A stretch of 50,486 nucleotides of DNA from NCBI GenBank assembly GCA_016840095.1, contig JAEOSZ010000127.1, positions 1-50,486 on the forward strand, read 5' to 3'. Shown piece by piece: positions 1-8,577 of the stretch. How positions within the stretch are numbered: position 1 is the stretch's first letter; every line of letters begins with the position of its first letter. The stretch comes from Candidatus Heimdallarchaeota archaeon (lineage in GTDB: Archaea > Asgardarchaeota > Heimdallarchaeia > Heimdallarchaeales > Heimdallarchaeaceae). A program made the position numbers and the translations under genes. A model generated the notes under the pieces. That model did not search any database and had not been told where the DNA came from. It saw only the letters and a program-made list of their open reading frames with translations.

Positions 1-1
1 A

Positions 2-262
2 ATGGAATTCTGTCCAGACTGTGGAAAACTACTGATTCCGAAGAAAAAGGGAAAATCTAAAGCTTTGTATTGTGCTAAATGTGGTTATGAAGACAAACTA
101 GACCAAAGCGAAGGCTACGAGGTTCAAGATGAGGTTAAACATAAAGCTAGTGAGTTGACCGAAGTAATTGAAGTAAGTAGTGAAGAAGGCTTATCCGAAG
201 CTGAACTTGAGGAAAGACGAGAACGATTTATTGAAGGAATAGATTTTCTTGAAACAGAATAG
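2..262 (+). CDS. RpoM/TFS (RPA12/RPB9/RPC11)-like zinc-ribbon protein lacking the C-terminal TFIIS ribbon
   Basis: N-terminal MEFCPDCGKLLIP...YCAKCGY matches the RNA polymerase subunit M N-terminal ribbon. The C-terminus is acidic/helical with no second CxxC pair or catalytic DE hairpin. Confidence 0.75.
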   Translation: MEFCPDCGKLLIPKKKGKSKALYCAKCGYEDKLDQSEGYEVQDEVKHKASELTEVIEVSSEEGLSEAELEERRERFIEGIDFLETE

Positions 263-1223
263 TCAAGAAAGCACTTCTAATGCTAGAGATGATTATTCTT
301 CTTTTATTATGGTTAGATTCTCTGAAATAGCTATTAAGGGAACTAAAACAAGAAAATGGCTTACTAAGCGGTTGATATCCCATATTGATTACGTATTGAA
401 TTTATATGGAATTTCTGATCTCAAAGTTATAAATGACTATAGTCGCATTTTTGTGGAAACCTCTCATTTATCTAAAGCTGAGAATCTAATTGCAAAATTA
501 GTTCCTGGTGTTTCAAGTTTAAGTATTGTGAGATCTTGTTCATCTGATTTGGATGAGATAAAGGATTGCGTTAAGGAGTATTTTTTTAAGAATTTCAAAG
601 AAGAGATGTCCTTTGCTGTAAGAGCGAGAAGAACGGGAAAACATCATTTTTCCAGTGTAGAACTTGGAAGTATCATAGGTGAATTTATTCTGGAAAATAG
701 TATTCATAAGAATCTACATGTCAACCTCACAGAACCTGAATATACTTTGCAAATTGAAGTAAGAGATAAGAAAGCCTATGTTTTTGATAGTAAATCTAAA
801 GGAATAGGAGGACTTCCAGTAGAGAGTCAAGGCCGTGTATTAGTCGTTATATCTGATGAAGATAGTGATTTACCTAATGCTCTTCAGATTTATAAGAGAG
901 GTGGATCAACTATATTATATTCAATTAAGAATAAAGAAAAAATCAATGAAGATACTCTGCAATCATTTCAGAAGTTGCTTGATTTGCAACCAAAATTAAG
1001 GAATGTAGAAGAGAGAATTTATTTTCCAACTTCTCAATTTGACATTACTCACTTAGTTAGTTTTTACAAAAAGAAAGAATGTCTTGCAATAACAATGTCG
1101 AAAATGATTTTTGATGAGATGTCATTAGAAATTCCAACAGTTATACCGATTTTTGTTCCTCATCTCGTGGTTGATGTTAATAAAAAAGAATTAGAAGATT
1201 TTCTTTCTGTCTCTGTAAATTAA
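249..1223 (+). CDS. ThiI-like THUMP-domain protein with degenerate adenylation domain
   Basis: VRFSEIAIKG N-terminus, THUMP motifs SFAVRARRTGKHHFSS and VNLTEPEYTLQIEVR, and GIGGLPV linker. The PP-loop SGGIDS is replaced by SDEDSD. Confidence 0.8.
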   Translation: MKQNSQESTSNARDDYSSFIMVRFSEIAIKGTKTRKWLTKRLISHIDYVLNLYGISDLKVINDYSRIFVETSHLSKAENLIAKLVPGVSSLSIVRSCSSDLDEIKDCVKEYFFKNFKEEMSFAVRARRTGKHHFSSVELGSIIGEFILENSIHKNLHVNLTEPEYTLQIEVRDKKAYVFDSKSKGIGGLPVESQGRVLVVISDEDSDLPNALQIYKRGGSTILYSIKNKEKINEDTLQSFQKLLDLQPKLRNVEERIYFPTSQFDITHLVSFYKKKECLAITMSKMIFDEMSLEIPTVIPIFVPHLVVDVNKKELEDFLSVSVN

Positions 1224-1834
1224 TGTCTAACGATTTCTCCATTAGGAGATTCTTCTGAAAAAATAACTCCTTGAAATTTCTGGACAGTAATTTTCTCTTT
1301 TTTCCAGATATCTATTGGTAAGTAAGCTTTTCTGCAAGTAAATGATAGAAACTCTTCTTTATTCCACTTTTGCTCTATTGGAACTTGTGGGAGCAATAAT
1401 CCCTTGTATCCTTTATATTCAACAATAAGACCATCGCCAGGCACAGATATTTGATCTAGGAGTTCTTGTGGTTTTTCATACTTCACTATTTGAGGAGGTG
1501 TCATAATAGTAACTTCAAAAACAAGGTCAGGTAATTCTTCCTTTCTAACTGGAGAAAATCTTGGATCTTCCATCGTTGAGGATTTTGCTAAATCAATAAC
1601 TTCCTCAAACAGTGGTTTGAAACCTATAGGATAACCAATACATCCTCTAAGAGATGATTCATTATCAGTCTTTGTTTTAACTGTAACAAATGCTCCTGTT
1701 ACAGTTTTTGCTTGCTCAGGAATTGGTTCAGGAACGTTTATTCTTGAACCTTCTATAATCCACTGCTTTGCAGCTGTTCTAGCTAAATTTACTAGATAAA
1801 ATCCAGTTTCATCCTCAATTTGCATTTCATTCAC
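1220..1834 (-). CDS. AMMECR1 domain protein (TIGR00296-like)
   Basis: GAFVT, LRGCIG, DPRFSPV, GLLLPQV and CRKA signature motifs. Confidence 0.92.
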   Translation of the reverse strand: MNEMQIEDETGFYLVNLARTAAKQWIIEGSRINVPEPIPEQAKTVTGAFVTVKTKTDNESSLRGCIGYPIGFKPLFEEVIDLAKSSTMEDPRFSPVRKEELPDLVFEVTIMTPPQIVKYEKPQELLDQISVPGDGLIVEYKGYKGLLLPQVPIEQKWNKEEFLSFTCRKAYLPIDIWKKEKITVQKFQGVIFSEESPNGEIVRH

Positions 1835-2297
1835 TACTATTTATTTCGCTTATAGTTTTTTTGATATCTTGCCAATGACTACCCATCCAGTAGATTTGGT
1901 GACACTTACTGCATTCCCAAAAATCTTCATGATTCTTTGCAGTTCCTTCTGGGATTTTATCGATAATTTCGTCTTTATTTCTTGTTCTTAAATCACCATT
2001 ACAAACACTGCATCTTATTCCTACAGGTGGATAAACAATATTTAAACCAACACTATTTTTTATCTCTATAAGCTGTTCAGTAACTTCGATACTAGAGATA
2101 AACAGATTTTGTAAATTTCGCTTTGAACACATTTGAATTAGTTTTTCTGATCTTGTTAAAATCAATCTCTCTTCTTCTCTTGCAGCTTTAAACATTTCGT
2201 CAATGGATTCTTCAGTACGATATAATGTATCATAACCTAGAAATCGTAAAAACCGGGATAATTTCCCGAGCATTGAATCTGCGTAAAATTTACTCAT
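1827..2297 (-). CDS. Mut7-C RNase domain (PIN-like, DUF82) protein
   Basis: FYADSMLGKLSRFLRFLGYDT, RCSVCNG, FWECSKCHQIYWMGSH. Confidence 0.9.
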   Translation of the reverse strand: MSKFYADSMLGKLSRFLRFLGYDTLYRTEESIDEMFKAAREEERLILTRSEKLIQMCSKRNLQNLFISSIEVTEQLIEIKNSVGLNIVYPPVGIRCSVCNGDLRTRNKDEIIDKIPEGTAKNHEDFWECSKCHQIYWMGSHWQDIKKTISEINSSE

Positions 2298-2877
2298 TAC
2301 TTGCTATCAACTCTTCAGGTGCACAATTAGAACACATGTACAAGCCTTTGCTAAAAATTAGATTATCTGTATATTCTTTGCAATCATCACAGTATCCAGC
2401 TATATCAATATCTACGTCTATTTCTGAACCTTCAGCCATTAACTTTAGATATTCTTGTTCTAGTAAAATCAACTGCGGAACTACTTTGAATACATCTGTA
2501 TCTGTACATATTCCTACAACTTTTCCTTCAGGGTTTGTGATAACAAGATGTCTTATTCCTTCTTTGAACATGGTTTGCATAGCTTGAATAATAGTTAGGG
2601 AGGGAGATGCTGTGATTAAAGGTGAAGACATTGCTTTTTCAGCAGAGACATCTTCTACACGTTTGTTCTTTGCAATAACCTCAATTATATTCTCCTTGGT
2701 AATAATCCCAAGAGTTTTTCCACCATTATCTACTACAACAACAGAACCAATTCGATTTTCAATTAATAGTTTAGCACATACCTCTGTAGAAGTTTTTGGA
2801 GTAACTGTAATAACATTCTTTGTCATAATTTCTTTTACAGCCATGTCGAATTTTTTCTCATCGAATATCGATTTCAT
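2290..2877 (-). CDS. CBS-pair protein with C-terminal zinc ribbon
   Basis: Two CBS repeats (VKEIMTKNVITV; AEKAMSSPLITA) plus GYCDDC...CSNC. Confidence 0.88.
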   Translation of the reverse strand: MKSIFDEKKFDMAVKEIMTKNVITVTPKTSTEVCAKLLIENRIGSVVVVDNGGKTLGIITKENIIEVIAKNKRVEDVSAEKAMSSPLITASPSLTIIQAMQTMFKEGIRHLVITNPEGKVVGICTDTDVFKVVPQLILLEQEYLKLMAEGSEIDVDIDIAGYCDDCKEYTDNLIFSKGLYMCSNCAPEELIASNE

Positions 2878-2961
2878 TTTTTCAACCTTTGTTCTATAAT
2901 AACGAATAAGTTTGGTTGCTTTAAAGGTTTTACACTATTTGTCAAATTAACTTAGATGCTG

Positions 2962-4977
2962 CTATTCAATTATCTCTGAATCCCCTGGAATGAAAGGAAG
3001 CAAATCATTTACTGTGAGAGCATCAATTTTATATTTCTCTTCCTCTTGGCATTGTTTCATTAATTTACCTTTGATTTCTTTTACAATCTTACCTTTAGGA
3101 ATATCTCCTGGTTTTAATTGTACAAAGATATCAGTTAATTCCTCAATACTATTCACAGGACCACCTATAACTTGTGCATTATTGTCGTAAAGCACTATCC
3201 CAACTGCATGATTAACTTCGATGTTTTTAGAATAGTTTTTTTCTCCATAAATCATTACACTACCTTTTGCAAGGAACTGACCAGATGGAGCTGATAAACT
3301 TACTTGGTCTGGTAGTACGTGATAAACATCACCAATTAATTTCCTAGCCGTCCATAAACTGGAATAACTAAGTGCAAATGTAGCAATTTCTGCTATACAT
3401 TCTTCAGAAAGACCATTTTGTCCATCTTTAACAATAACATAGGGTGCCCCGTGAACATCAGCATGAAAGAATAAATCGTTTTCATCTAGATATGTTTTCA
3501 ATATCCTTTCATTCACTTTTGCATCAGTACCACCAATTACAATGTGATCCTTGCACTTAAACCAATGAAATTTTTCATACCATTTCTTTTGTCGTTTAAT
3601 TACTAGAGGTCTTCCTTCTTTTTCTTGTACAATTGTTTCCTTGGTAGATGCAGTATCTTCTATTAGTTCCTTAGTTCTCTTAATTGCTTGCAGAGCACCA
3701 GGTATTTTTCGTCTACCTTTCTTTGCTTTCTCATAAAAAAGATTTGCACTCTCAGTAATTGTTTTTGTAAAATCTAGCTCAACTAGCTCAAAGTTACCTG
3801 ATTCTTCGTCGAGAAGTTTAACTATAATTGTTTTTGTTCTTGGTTCAAGTTTTTCCATTATTATAGCTGAAGGAATCTTCTTCTCTTTAGCTAAAGATAA
3901 TTTAGAAAGTATTTCTTCCCATGGGACATCAGACCTTCGAGCCTGCAAAATTGTTGACAGAAGTTCATCGACATTCTGAAAATGAGCATACACTAGATCA
4001 CCTTTCTTCTTTTCATTGATTTCTTGATTTCTCAGTTTTTCTAGATGCTGTTCTTGTTTTGCTAGAGTTTTTTGATGTTTTGTTAATTTGTTAGAAACTT
4101 GTGATCGGTCTTCAACAAATTCAGGTTCTTCTTCAAGATTAGAGAAGTACTCATCAATTTCATCGTTGAAAGATAAAGCTTCCTCTTGTTCTAGCTCTTC
4201 ATACCGAGAAAGTGACATGGGAGTGATATCAATAATTTCTCCATCGTCTAAGTATTTCACAGGATCATAATCGTTGTTATTTACAATTTTTTGAAAAGAT
4301 AGAATTTCTTCAGTTATTCTCTTGATATCATTTTCCTGTAAATCTTCAACATTTTTTGATTCAATGCCTGCTCGAGAAAGAATTTCTTTCGAGTAAACTG
4401 GACCTATATCCATCAATTCATTAAGAACAGCAACAATTTTTCCTGAAGAACTATCAATCTTCTCATGTATGATTTTTTCATCAAGATTGGTTATATTAAC
4501 ATCAGATGATGGAGGAAAGATATATTCTTTACCAGGATGAATGTCTCGATCTCTCATTCTTCTGTAGCTATATGCTAAGATGATTTTGTCATTAGGACCT
4601 ATTAAAATGATATTGCCATTACTAAAGAGCTCAATTACAAGTTTGTAATATCCATCTTTGTATGCGATCTCAAGAACTATAACTCTATCAATTTTTCTTT
4701 GATAAAAATTCTTAACAGGTAAATCTCTAATATGTTTCCTCATTGATAATATTTTGTTATTTGGTGTAGAAGGTTTTTTTCGCTCATAATTCGTAATATG
4801 AATGCGTTTCCCTGGCTCAATTAAAAGCTCAAAAGGACTTTCTGTTGTCTTACGAAACCTTAATATAACCAAATTTTGACCGATTGAATAAATATTGTTA
4901 ACCCAGCTGTCAACTATCCTTGGACGTATCTCAGCGACCAAAACAGCTAAGTCAATACTCGATAATGAACTCTTCAT
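2962..4977 (-). CDS. rqcH: Ribosome quality control factor Rqc2/RqcH (NEMF, NFACT family)
   Basis: SSIDL N-terminus, IDRVIVL, LVIELFSNGNIIL, HhH region, coiled coil, KWYEKFHWF, GGTDAKVNE, FFHADVHGAP, GQFLAKGSVMIYG. ATG at 4977 is preferred over GTG at 4986, which lies in the SD-like motif. Confidence 0.93.
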   Translation of the reverse strand: MKSSLSSIDLAVLVAEIRPRIVDSWVNNIYSIGQNLVILRFRKTTESPFELLIEPGKRIHITNYERKKPSTPNNKILSMRKHIRDLPVKNFYQRKIDRVIVLEIAYKDGYYKLVIELFSNGNIILIGPNDKIILAYSYRRMRDRDIHPGKEYIFPPSSDVNITNLDEKIIHEKIDSSSGKIVAVLNELMDIGPVYSKEILSRAGIESKNVEDLQENDIKRITEEILSFQKIVNNNDYDPVKYLDDGEIIDITPMSLSRYEELEQEEALSFNDEIDEYFSNLEEEPEFVEDRSQVSNKLTKHQKTLAKQEQHLEKLRNQEINEKKKGDLVYAHFQNVDELLSTILQARRSDVPWEEILSKLSLAKEKKIPSAIIMEKLEPRTKTIIVKLLDEESGNFELVELDFTKTITESANLFYEKAKKGRRKIPGALQAIKRTKELIEDTASTKETIVQEKEGRPLVIKRQKKWYEKFHWFKCKDHIVIGGTDAKVNERILKTYLDENDLFFHADVHGAPYVIVKDGQNGLSEECIAEIATFALSYSSLWTARKLIGDVYHVLPDQVSLSAPSGQFLAKGSVMIYGEKNYSKNIEVNHAVGIVLYDNNAQVIGGPVNSIEELTDIFVQLKPGDIPKGKIVKEIKGKLMKQCQEEEKYKIDALTVNDLLPFIPGDSEIIE

Positions 4978-4980
4978 TGA

Positions 4981-4994
4981 AATCACTGGTGATT
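4981..4994. promoter_or_regulatory. Back-to-back Shine-Dalgarno-like motifs of divergent genes (AATCAC-TG-GTGATT)
   Basis: GGTGAT on + (4988-4993) precedes TTG 4998; AGTGAT on - precedes the ATG at 4977. Confidence 0.5.
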
Positions 4995-4997
4995 AGT

Positions 4998-5414
4998 TTG
5001 GATATAAAAGAAATATTCGCACGGATTAAAAATTATTTGAAAGGTAAGATAACCCGAGGTTATAAGAAAACAAAGGAAGCTTTGAAACCTAAAAATATGT
5101 GGAACAACATTAAAAACTTACCAACTCTCGACAAAGTTTATTGGTCTAAAGTTGTCGCAGCATTCTTTTTTGGAGTTATTTTCGGTGCAGCAAACTTCGT
5201 TGCTTGGCCAGCAGGATTAACAATGTTAGCAATATTTTTAGCTATTTCTACATTCTGGTTTCTAAAATATAGAAAAATAGAAACAGGAATTAAAATCCGT
5301 CAATACTATATGTCTGCAATGTTTCAGTATTTCCTATCATTCATAGCTGTATGGGCATTAATATGGAACATAATTTACGTCCCAATAAGCGACTGGGTTT
5401 TCCCAATTAAATAA
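4998..5414 (+). CDS. Rab5IF/OPTI - EMC6-like three-TM membrane protein
   Basis: LDKVYWSKVVAAFFFGVIFG...YFLSFIAVWALIWNIIY resembles, from memory, the Rab5ip-family pattern LDVIYWxRQIIAVxxGVIWG...FxxFxxxWIIFY. Start uncertain (TTG 4998 or ATG 5097). Confidence 0.62.
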   Translation: MDIKEIFARIKNYLKGKITRGYKKTKEALKPKNMWNNIKNLPTLDKVYWSKVVAAFFFGVIFGAANFVAWPAGLTMLAIFLAISTFWFLKYRKIETGIKIRQYYMSAMFQYFLSFIAVWALIWNIIYVPISDWVFPIK

Positions 5415-5439
5415 TGAAGCAGAAATACAGGTGATATCT

Positions 5440-5751
5440 ATGAGTTCAAAGAAGAACAAAAAAGAACCTGAACCCAAGATAGAAGAAAAATTACCTTTGA
5501 TGCAAAGACCAAAATTCAAGTTATTTTATACAATGGCAATAATTGCTTTCTTCAGTTTAGGTATTATTTTACTTATTCTTTCTTATTCTATCTGGGCGGA
5601 TAGTAGTTATGCACTTTTTATTGCACTTGGCGTTCTAGGTGTTGGAGTTATCATGCTTACTATGAGATCTTCGTATAAGAGTACTGCTCCAGCAGCTGAA
5701 AAAGAAGAAGAAAAAGATAAAGATACCCTTCAGATGAGAAGTCGAAGATAG
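5440..5751 (+). CDS. Small two-TM membrane protein, unknown function
   Basis: Two hydrophobic helices between charged termini; AGGTGAT SD before ATG 5440. Confidence 0.7.
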   Translation: MSSKKNKKEPEPKIEEKLPLMQRPKFKLFYTMAIIAFFSLGIILLILSYSIWADSSYALFIALGVLGVGVIMLTMRSSYKSTAPAAEKEEEKDKDTLQMRSRR

Positions 5752-5832
5752 TTTCTTTTTCAGCACCAAACACTTTTATTAAGTAATACTATAGAGTTAC
5801 TAACAGTCAAATATTCCGACAAAAATTATAAG

Positions 5833-6204
5833 ATGAACGAAATGGATGAATTGGGATTTCAGGAAAAAGTAGGTCAATTTCTTAATAGATATGGTAAAGT
5901 GAAGAAGTTGAAAGAAGAAAGTATTGATAGTAATAGCAGAATTTTACCATACATTGTTGAAAATGAAGATCAGAAGTTTGCTGTTTTTGCCTATCATTGG
6001 AAAAAAAGTATTGGAACAAATACAATCATTAGAACTGAGCATCAGATTAATGATATGAATTGTGATGGAGCAATAATCATCGGAAATAGATTTTCGCAGA
6101 ACTCCTATGATATGATTAGCGATACAAATAAGAGAAGAACAAAAAGGATAATCCTTATCAAAATGCAAGAAATGGAAGAAATTTTGAACATTGAAGCATA
6201 CTGA
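5833..6204 (+). CDS. Mrr-like restriction-endonuclease-fold protein, probably inactive
   Basis: FQEKV helix, HWKKSIGTNTII, DGAIIIGNRFSQNS and IILI follow the Mrr catalytic-domain pattern, but the catalytic D and (Q/E)xK positions are not conserved. Confidence 0.55.
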   Translation: MNEMDELGFQEKVGQFLNRYGKVKKLKEESIDSNSRILPYIVENEDQKFAVFAYHWKKSIGTNTIIRTEHQINDMNCDGAIIIGNRFSQNSYDMISDTNKRRTKRIILIKMQEMEEILNIEAY

Positions 6205-6365
6205 CAGAGTGTCTAATTTGAAGATGGAATCCAGCTTTTAACAAAACAACGTTTTATCAGTAGAGAATATGTTAGAAGCCTTATTTTCTAAAATTTTGAG
6301 ATTTTTTGAATGGACAAGTATTACAGAAACATTAAAAAGCAGAAGCTATAAAGTTAGTTAGACTA

Positions 6366-7025
6366 ATGATTTCGCAAATACGTGAGCCCCTTTCAAAGAT
6401 TGCTCAACCAATTATTATTTTCTTTGCAAAAATGAAAATTCATCCCAATGTATTCACATATTTCGGTCTCTTATTATCAATAGCAGCAGGAGTATTTCTT
6501 GCTCTAGAAAATCCACTAGTTGGATTTATTCTTATCTGGTTTGCAGGGACAATGGATTTCATTGATGGTGGAGTAGCACGATATAGAGGATTAGATTCAA
6601 AGAAAGGGTCCTTTATCGATAGTGTAATTGATAGGGTAAGTGACTTAGCCGTTTTTACAGGTATAATTTTCAGTGAATGGGTAGACGGAGTTACTGGTGG
6701 AATAATGGTAGGATCAGCACTTCTGATCAGTTACGTTCGCGCCAAAGGGGAAAGTGTTGGAGTCAAGAGAATGACCATCGGTATTATGGAAAGAGCTGAA
6801 AGATGGATGGTTTTAATGCTATTGCTCTTTATTGCAGTAATTGTACCAAATCAAGCATTCATAGCTACACAATGGTGGATTGCTGGAGAACCGATTTCAT
6901 ATTTCTCAATTGGTTACATGATCTTAACAGCTCTTTGTGTTCTTACAGTTCTTCAAAGATTCATTTATGTATCTGTTCAACTTACAAAAACTGAAACCAC
7001 TCAAGAAGTTCAAGTACAAAAGTAA
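6366..7025 (+). CDS. CDP-alcohol phosphatidyltransferase (archaetidylinositol-phosphate synthase-like)
   Basis: HPNVFT, DFIDGGVAR...GSFIDSVIDRVSD signature, SYVRAKGE, GIMERAER. Confidence 0.92.
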   Translation: MISQIREPLSKIAQPIIIFFAKMKIHPNVFTYFGLLLSIAAGVFLALENPLVGFILIWFAGTMDFIDGGVARYRGLDSKKGSFIDSVIDRVSDLAVFTGIIFSEWVDGVTGGIMVGSALLISYVRAKGESVGVKRMTIGIMERAERWMVLMLLLFIAVIVPNQAFIATQWWIAGEPISYFSIGYMILTALCVLTVLQRFIYVSVQLTKTETTQEVQVQK

Positions 7026-7151
7026 AAGTAATACTTCTTTTTTTCATAGTTTCCTTTTAAAAGCGTTCAAGTATGCATAGAATACATAATTAGCCCAAAG
7101 GATAAACGTTTTATAGTTAAGAAACTTTGGAACAACAGAAATGGTGATTTT

Positions 7152-7472
7152 GTGGCTAGTAGTAAAACCAAGAAGAACAAGAAGCAGAATATAAATGATT
7201 TAAAAGCTGATAAACAAAAAGAACCAATAGCAGATTTTTCTCAAACTAAAGATATCGTTAAAGCTCTTTCTGGAGAAATTGGTCCATTAGTTGAACAACT
7301 TTTGGGAGCAATTTATAATGTTGAAGTTGCTGAAATTTTTGCAGATTCCTTGATCAAAATATACAAGAAACTAAAGGATGAAGGAATTACTAAAACAACA
7401 GCTGAAAAAATATTATGCGAGTATTCTGCCAATGTTGATCGTTTTGCTGCAATGCTTAAGAAGAAGGAATAG
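7152..7472 (+). CDS. Hypothetical small helical protein
   Basis: GGTGAT SD before GTG; helical YKKLKDEGITKTTAEKILCEY motif. Confidence 0.65.
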   Translation: MASSKTKKNKKQNINDLKADKQKEPIADFSQTKDIVKALSGEIGPLVEQLLGAIYNVEVAEIFADSLIKIYKKLKDEGITKTTAEKILCEYSANVDRFAAMLKKKE

Positions 7473-7517
7473 CCATTAAATACAACATCTAACAAAGAAT
7501 ATTACTGAGGTACAAAA

Positions 7518-7808
7518 ATGGGTATATTCTCATTCTTAAATCCAATAATTACATTATACTACGGCTTTATTTTAAGGATAAAACTCAGTTGGTATTCTAG
7601 ACAGAAAAAGAAGAGGATTAAAATTGTCAAAGAATTCCTAGCAAATAAACTTGAAAAGGAAAAATATGACAAAAAAACATCAAATAAAATTGTAGAAAAT
7701 TATCTGAAAATTGGAGAAATTTTTCTTGATAGAAAAAATATGCATACAGCATTCAGTGTTAACAAGATACTTGTTCCAAAAAAAACCAGGTCTAAAAGTA
7801 GGGATTAA
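7518..7808 (+). CDS. Hypothetical basic protein
   Basis: GAGGT SD; hydrophobic N-terminus and Lys-rich helical body. Confidence 0.6.
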   Translation: MGIFSFLNPIITLYYGFILRIKLSWYSRQKKKRIKIVKEFLANKLEKEKYDKKTSNKIVENYLKIGEIFLDRKNMHTAFSVNKILVPKKTRSKSRD

Positions 7809-7861
7809 TTGCTTCATTTTAATCTAAAAAACAGTTTATCCATTTCACAATCTTTATTTTT

Positions 7862-8575
7862 ATGAAGGAAAGCTCTCAATTGGGTTATTCTATGTCCAAA
7901 CCAAAGAAGTACAAAGGCGAAACCATCTATGATTATGTTCCTGACTATTATCCTACAGTAAACGTAGAAAGTCCTGTTTTTACCAGACTACCTCCTGGAA
8001 GAAAGGATGCCAGGATGAAAGATGTAGAAAGAGAACTTGTTCAATACTGGGAAATAGTCCATCCAATGATAAGAGAATATCTAATTACAATAATAAGATA
8101 CATGAACGAATTTGGAGAGGGTACAGAGGATTTAGTGCATCTAAGAAGATCATTAGATTTGGAACTAACAAACTCATCAGAGTTATCTGAAGAAAATAGA
8201 CAATTGAAAGCTCAAATTTCTGATCTAGTTGTTGAGAAAAAAGCTTTGGATGAAAAAGTAAATGATCTAATAGCTGCAAGACCTCAACAAACTGCAGAGG
8301 AAATCAATGCTATGAAACTTCTTGTTTCATCTCAAACAGATTTATCTTCAGCAAATATTGATGAAAAATTGAGAAGTGCAGTTCAAGAAGTCAAAGAAAG
8401 TGCTGAGATGAAAAATGCAAGAGAAGAAAGAGATAAAATGAAAAAAGAGCTTGAAGATGCAAAAGATCACTTTGAAAAAACACAGATGGAAGTTGGTGAA
8501 ACCTTCCAGAAAAAATTATTAGAATCTCAGTCTCGCATTGATGAGCTAGAAAGTGAACTAGCACAATATAAGTAG
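7862..8575 (+). CDS. Coiled-coil protein
   Basis: E/K/Q/L-rich heptads over the C-terminal two thirds; 2-nt gap to the GTPase gene. Confidence 0.8.
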   Translation: MKESSQLGYSMSKPKKYKGETIYDYVPDYYPTVNVESPVFTRLPPGRKDARMKDVERELVQYWEIVHPMIREYLITIIRYMNEFGEGTEDLVHLRRSLDLELTNSSELSEENRQLKAQISDLVVEKKALDEKVNDLIAARPQQTAEEINAMKLLVSSQTDLSSANIDEKLRSAVQEVKESAEMKNAREERDKMKKELEDAKDHFEKTQMEVGETFQKKLLESQSRIDELESELAQYK

Positions 8576-8577
8576 TA

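Noticed and set aside
2225-4270. Plus-strand ORFs 2225-2587, 2612-2899, 2990-3190 and 4088-4270, and the many similar short antisense or nested ORFs across the track
   Set aside because: They are shadows of well-supported genes, with Ser/Ile/Phe-rich composition and no motifs.
4920-4997. 5' extension of ORF 4920-5414
   Set aside because: It overlaps the conserved rqcH N-terminus on the opposite strand; an SD-supported start lies downstream.
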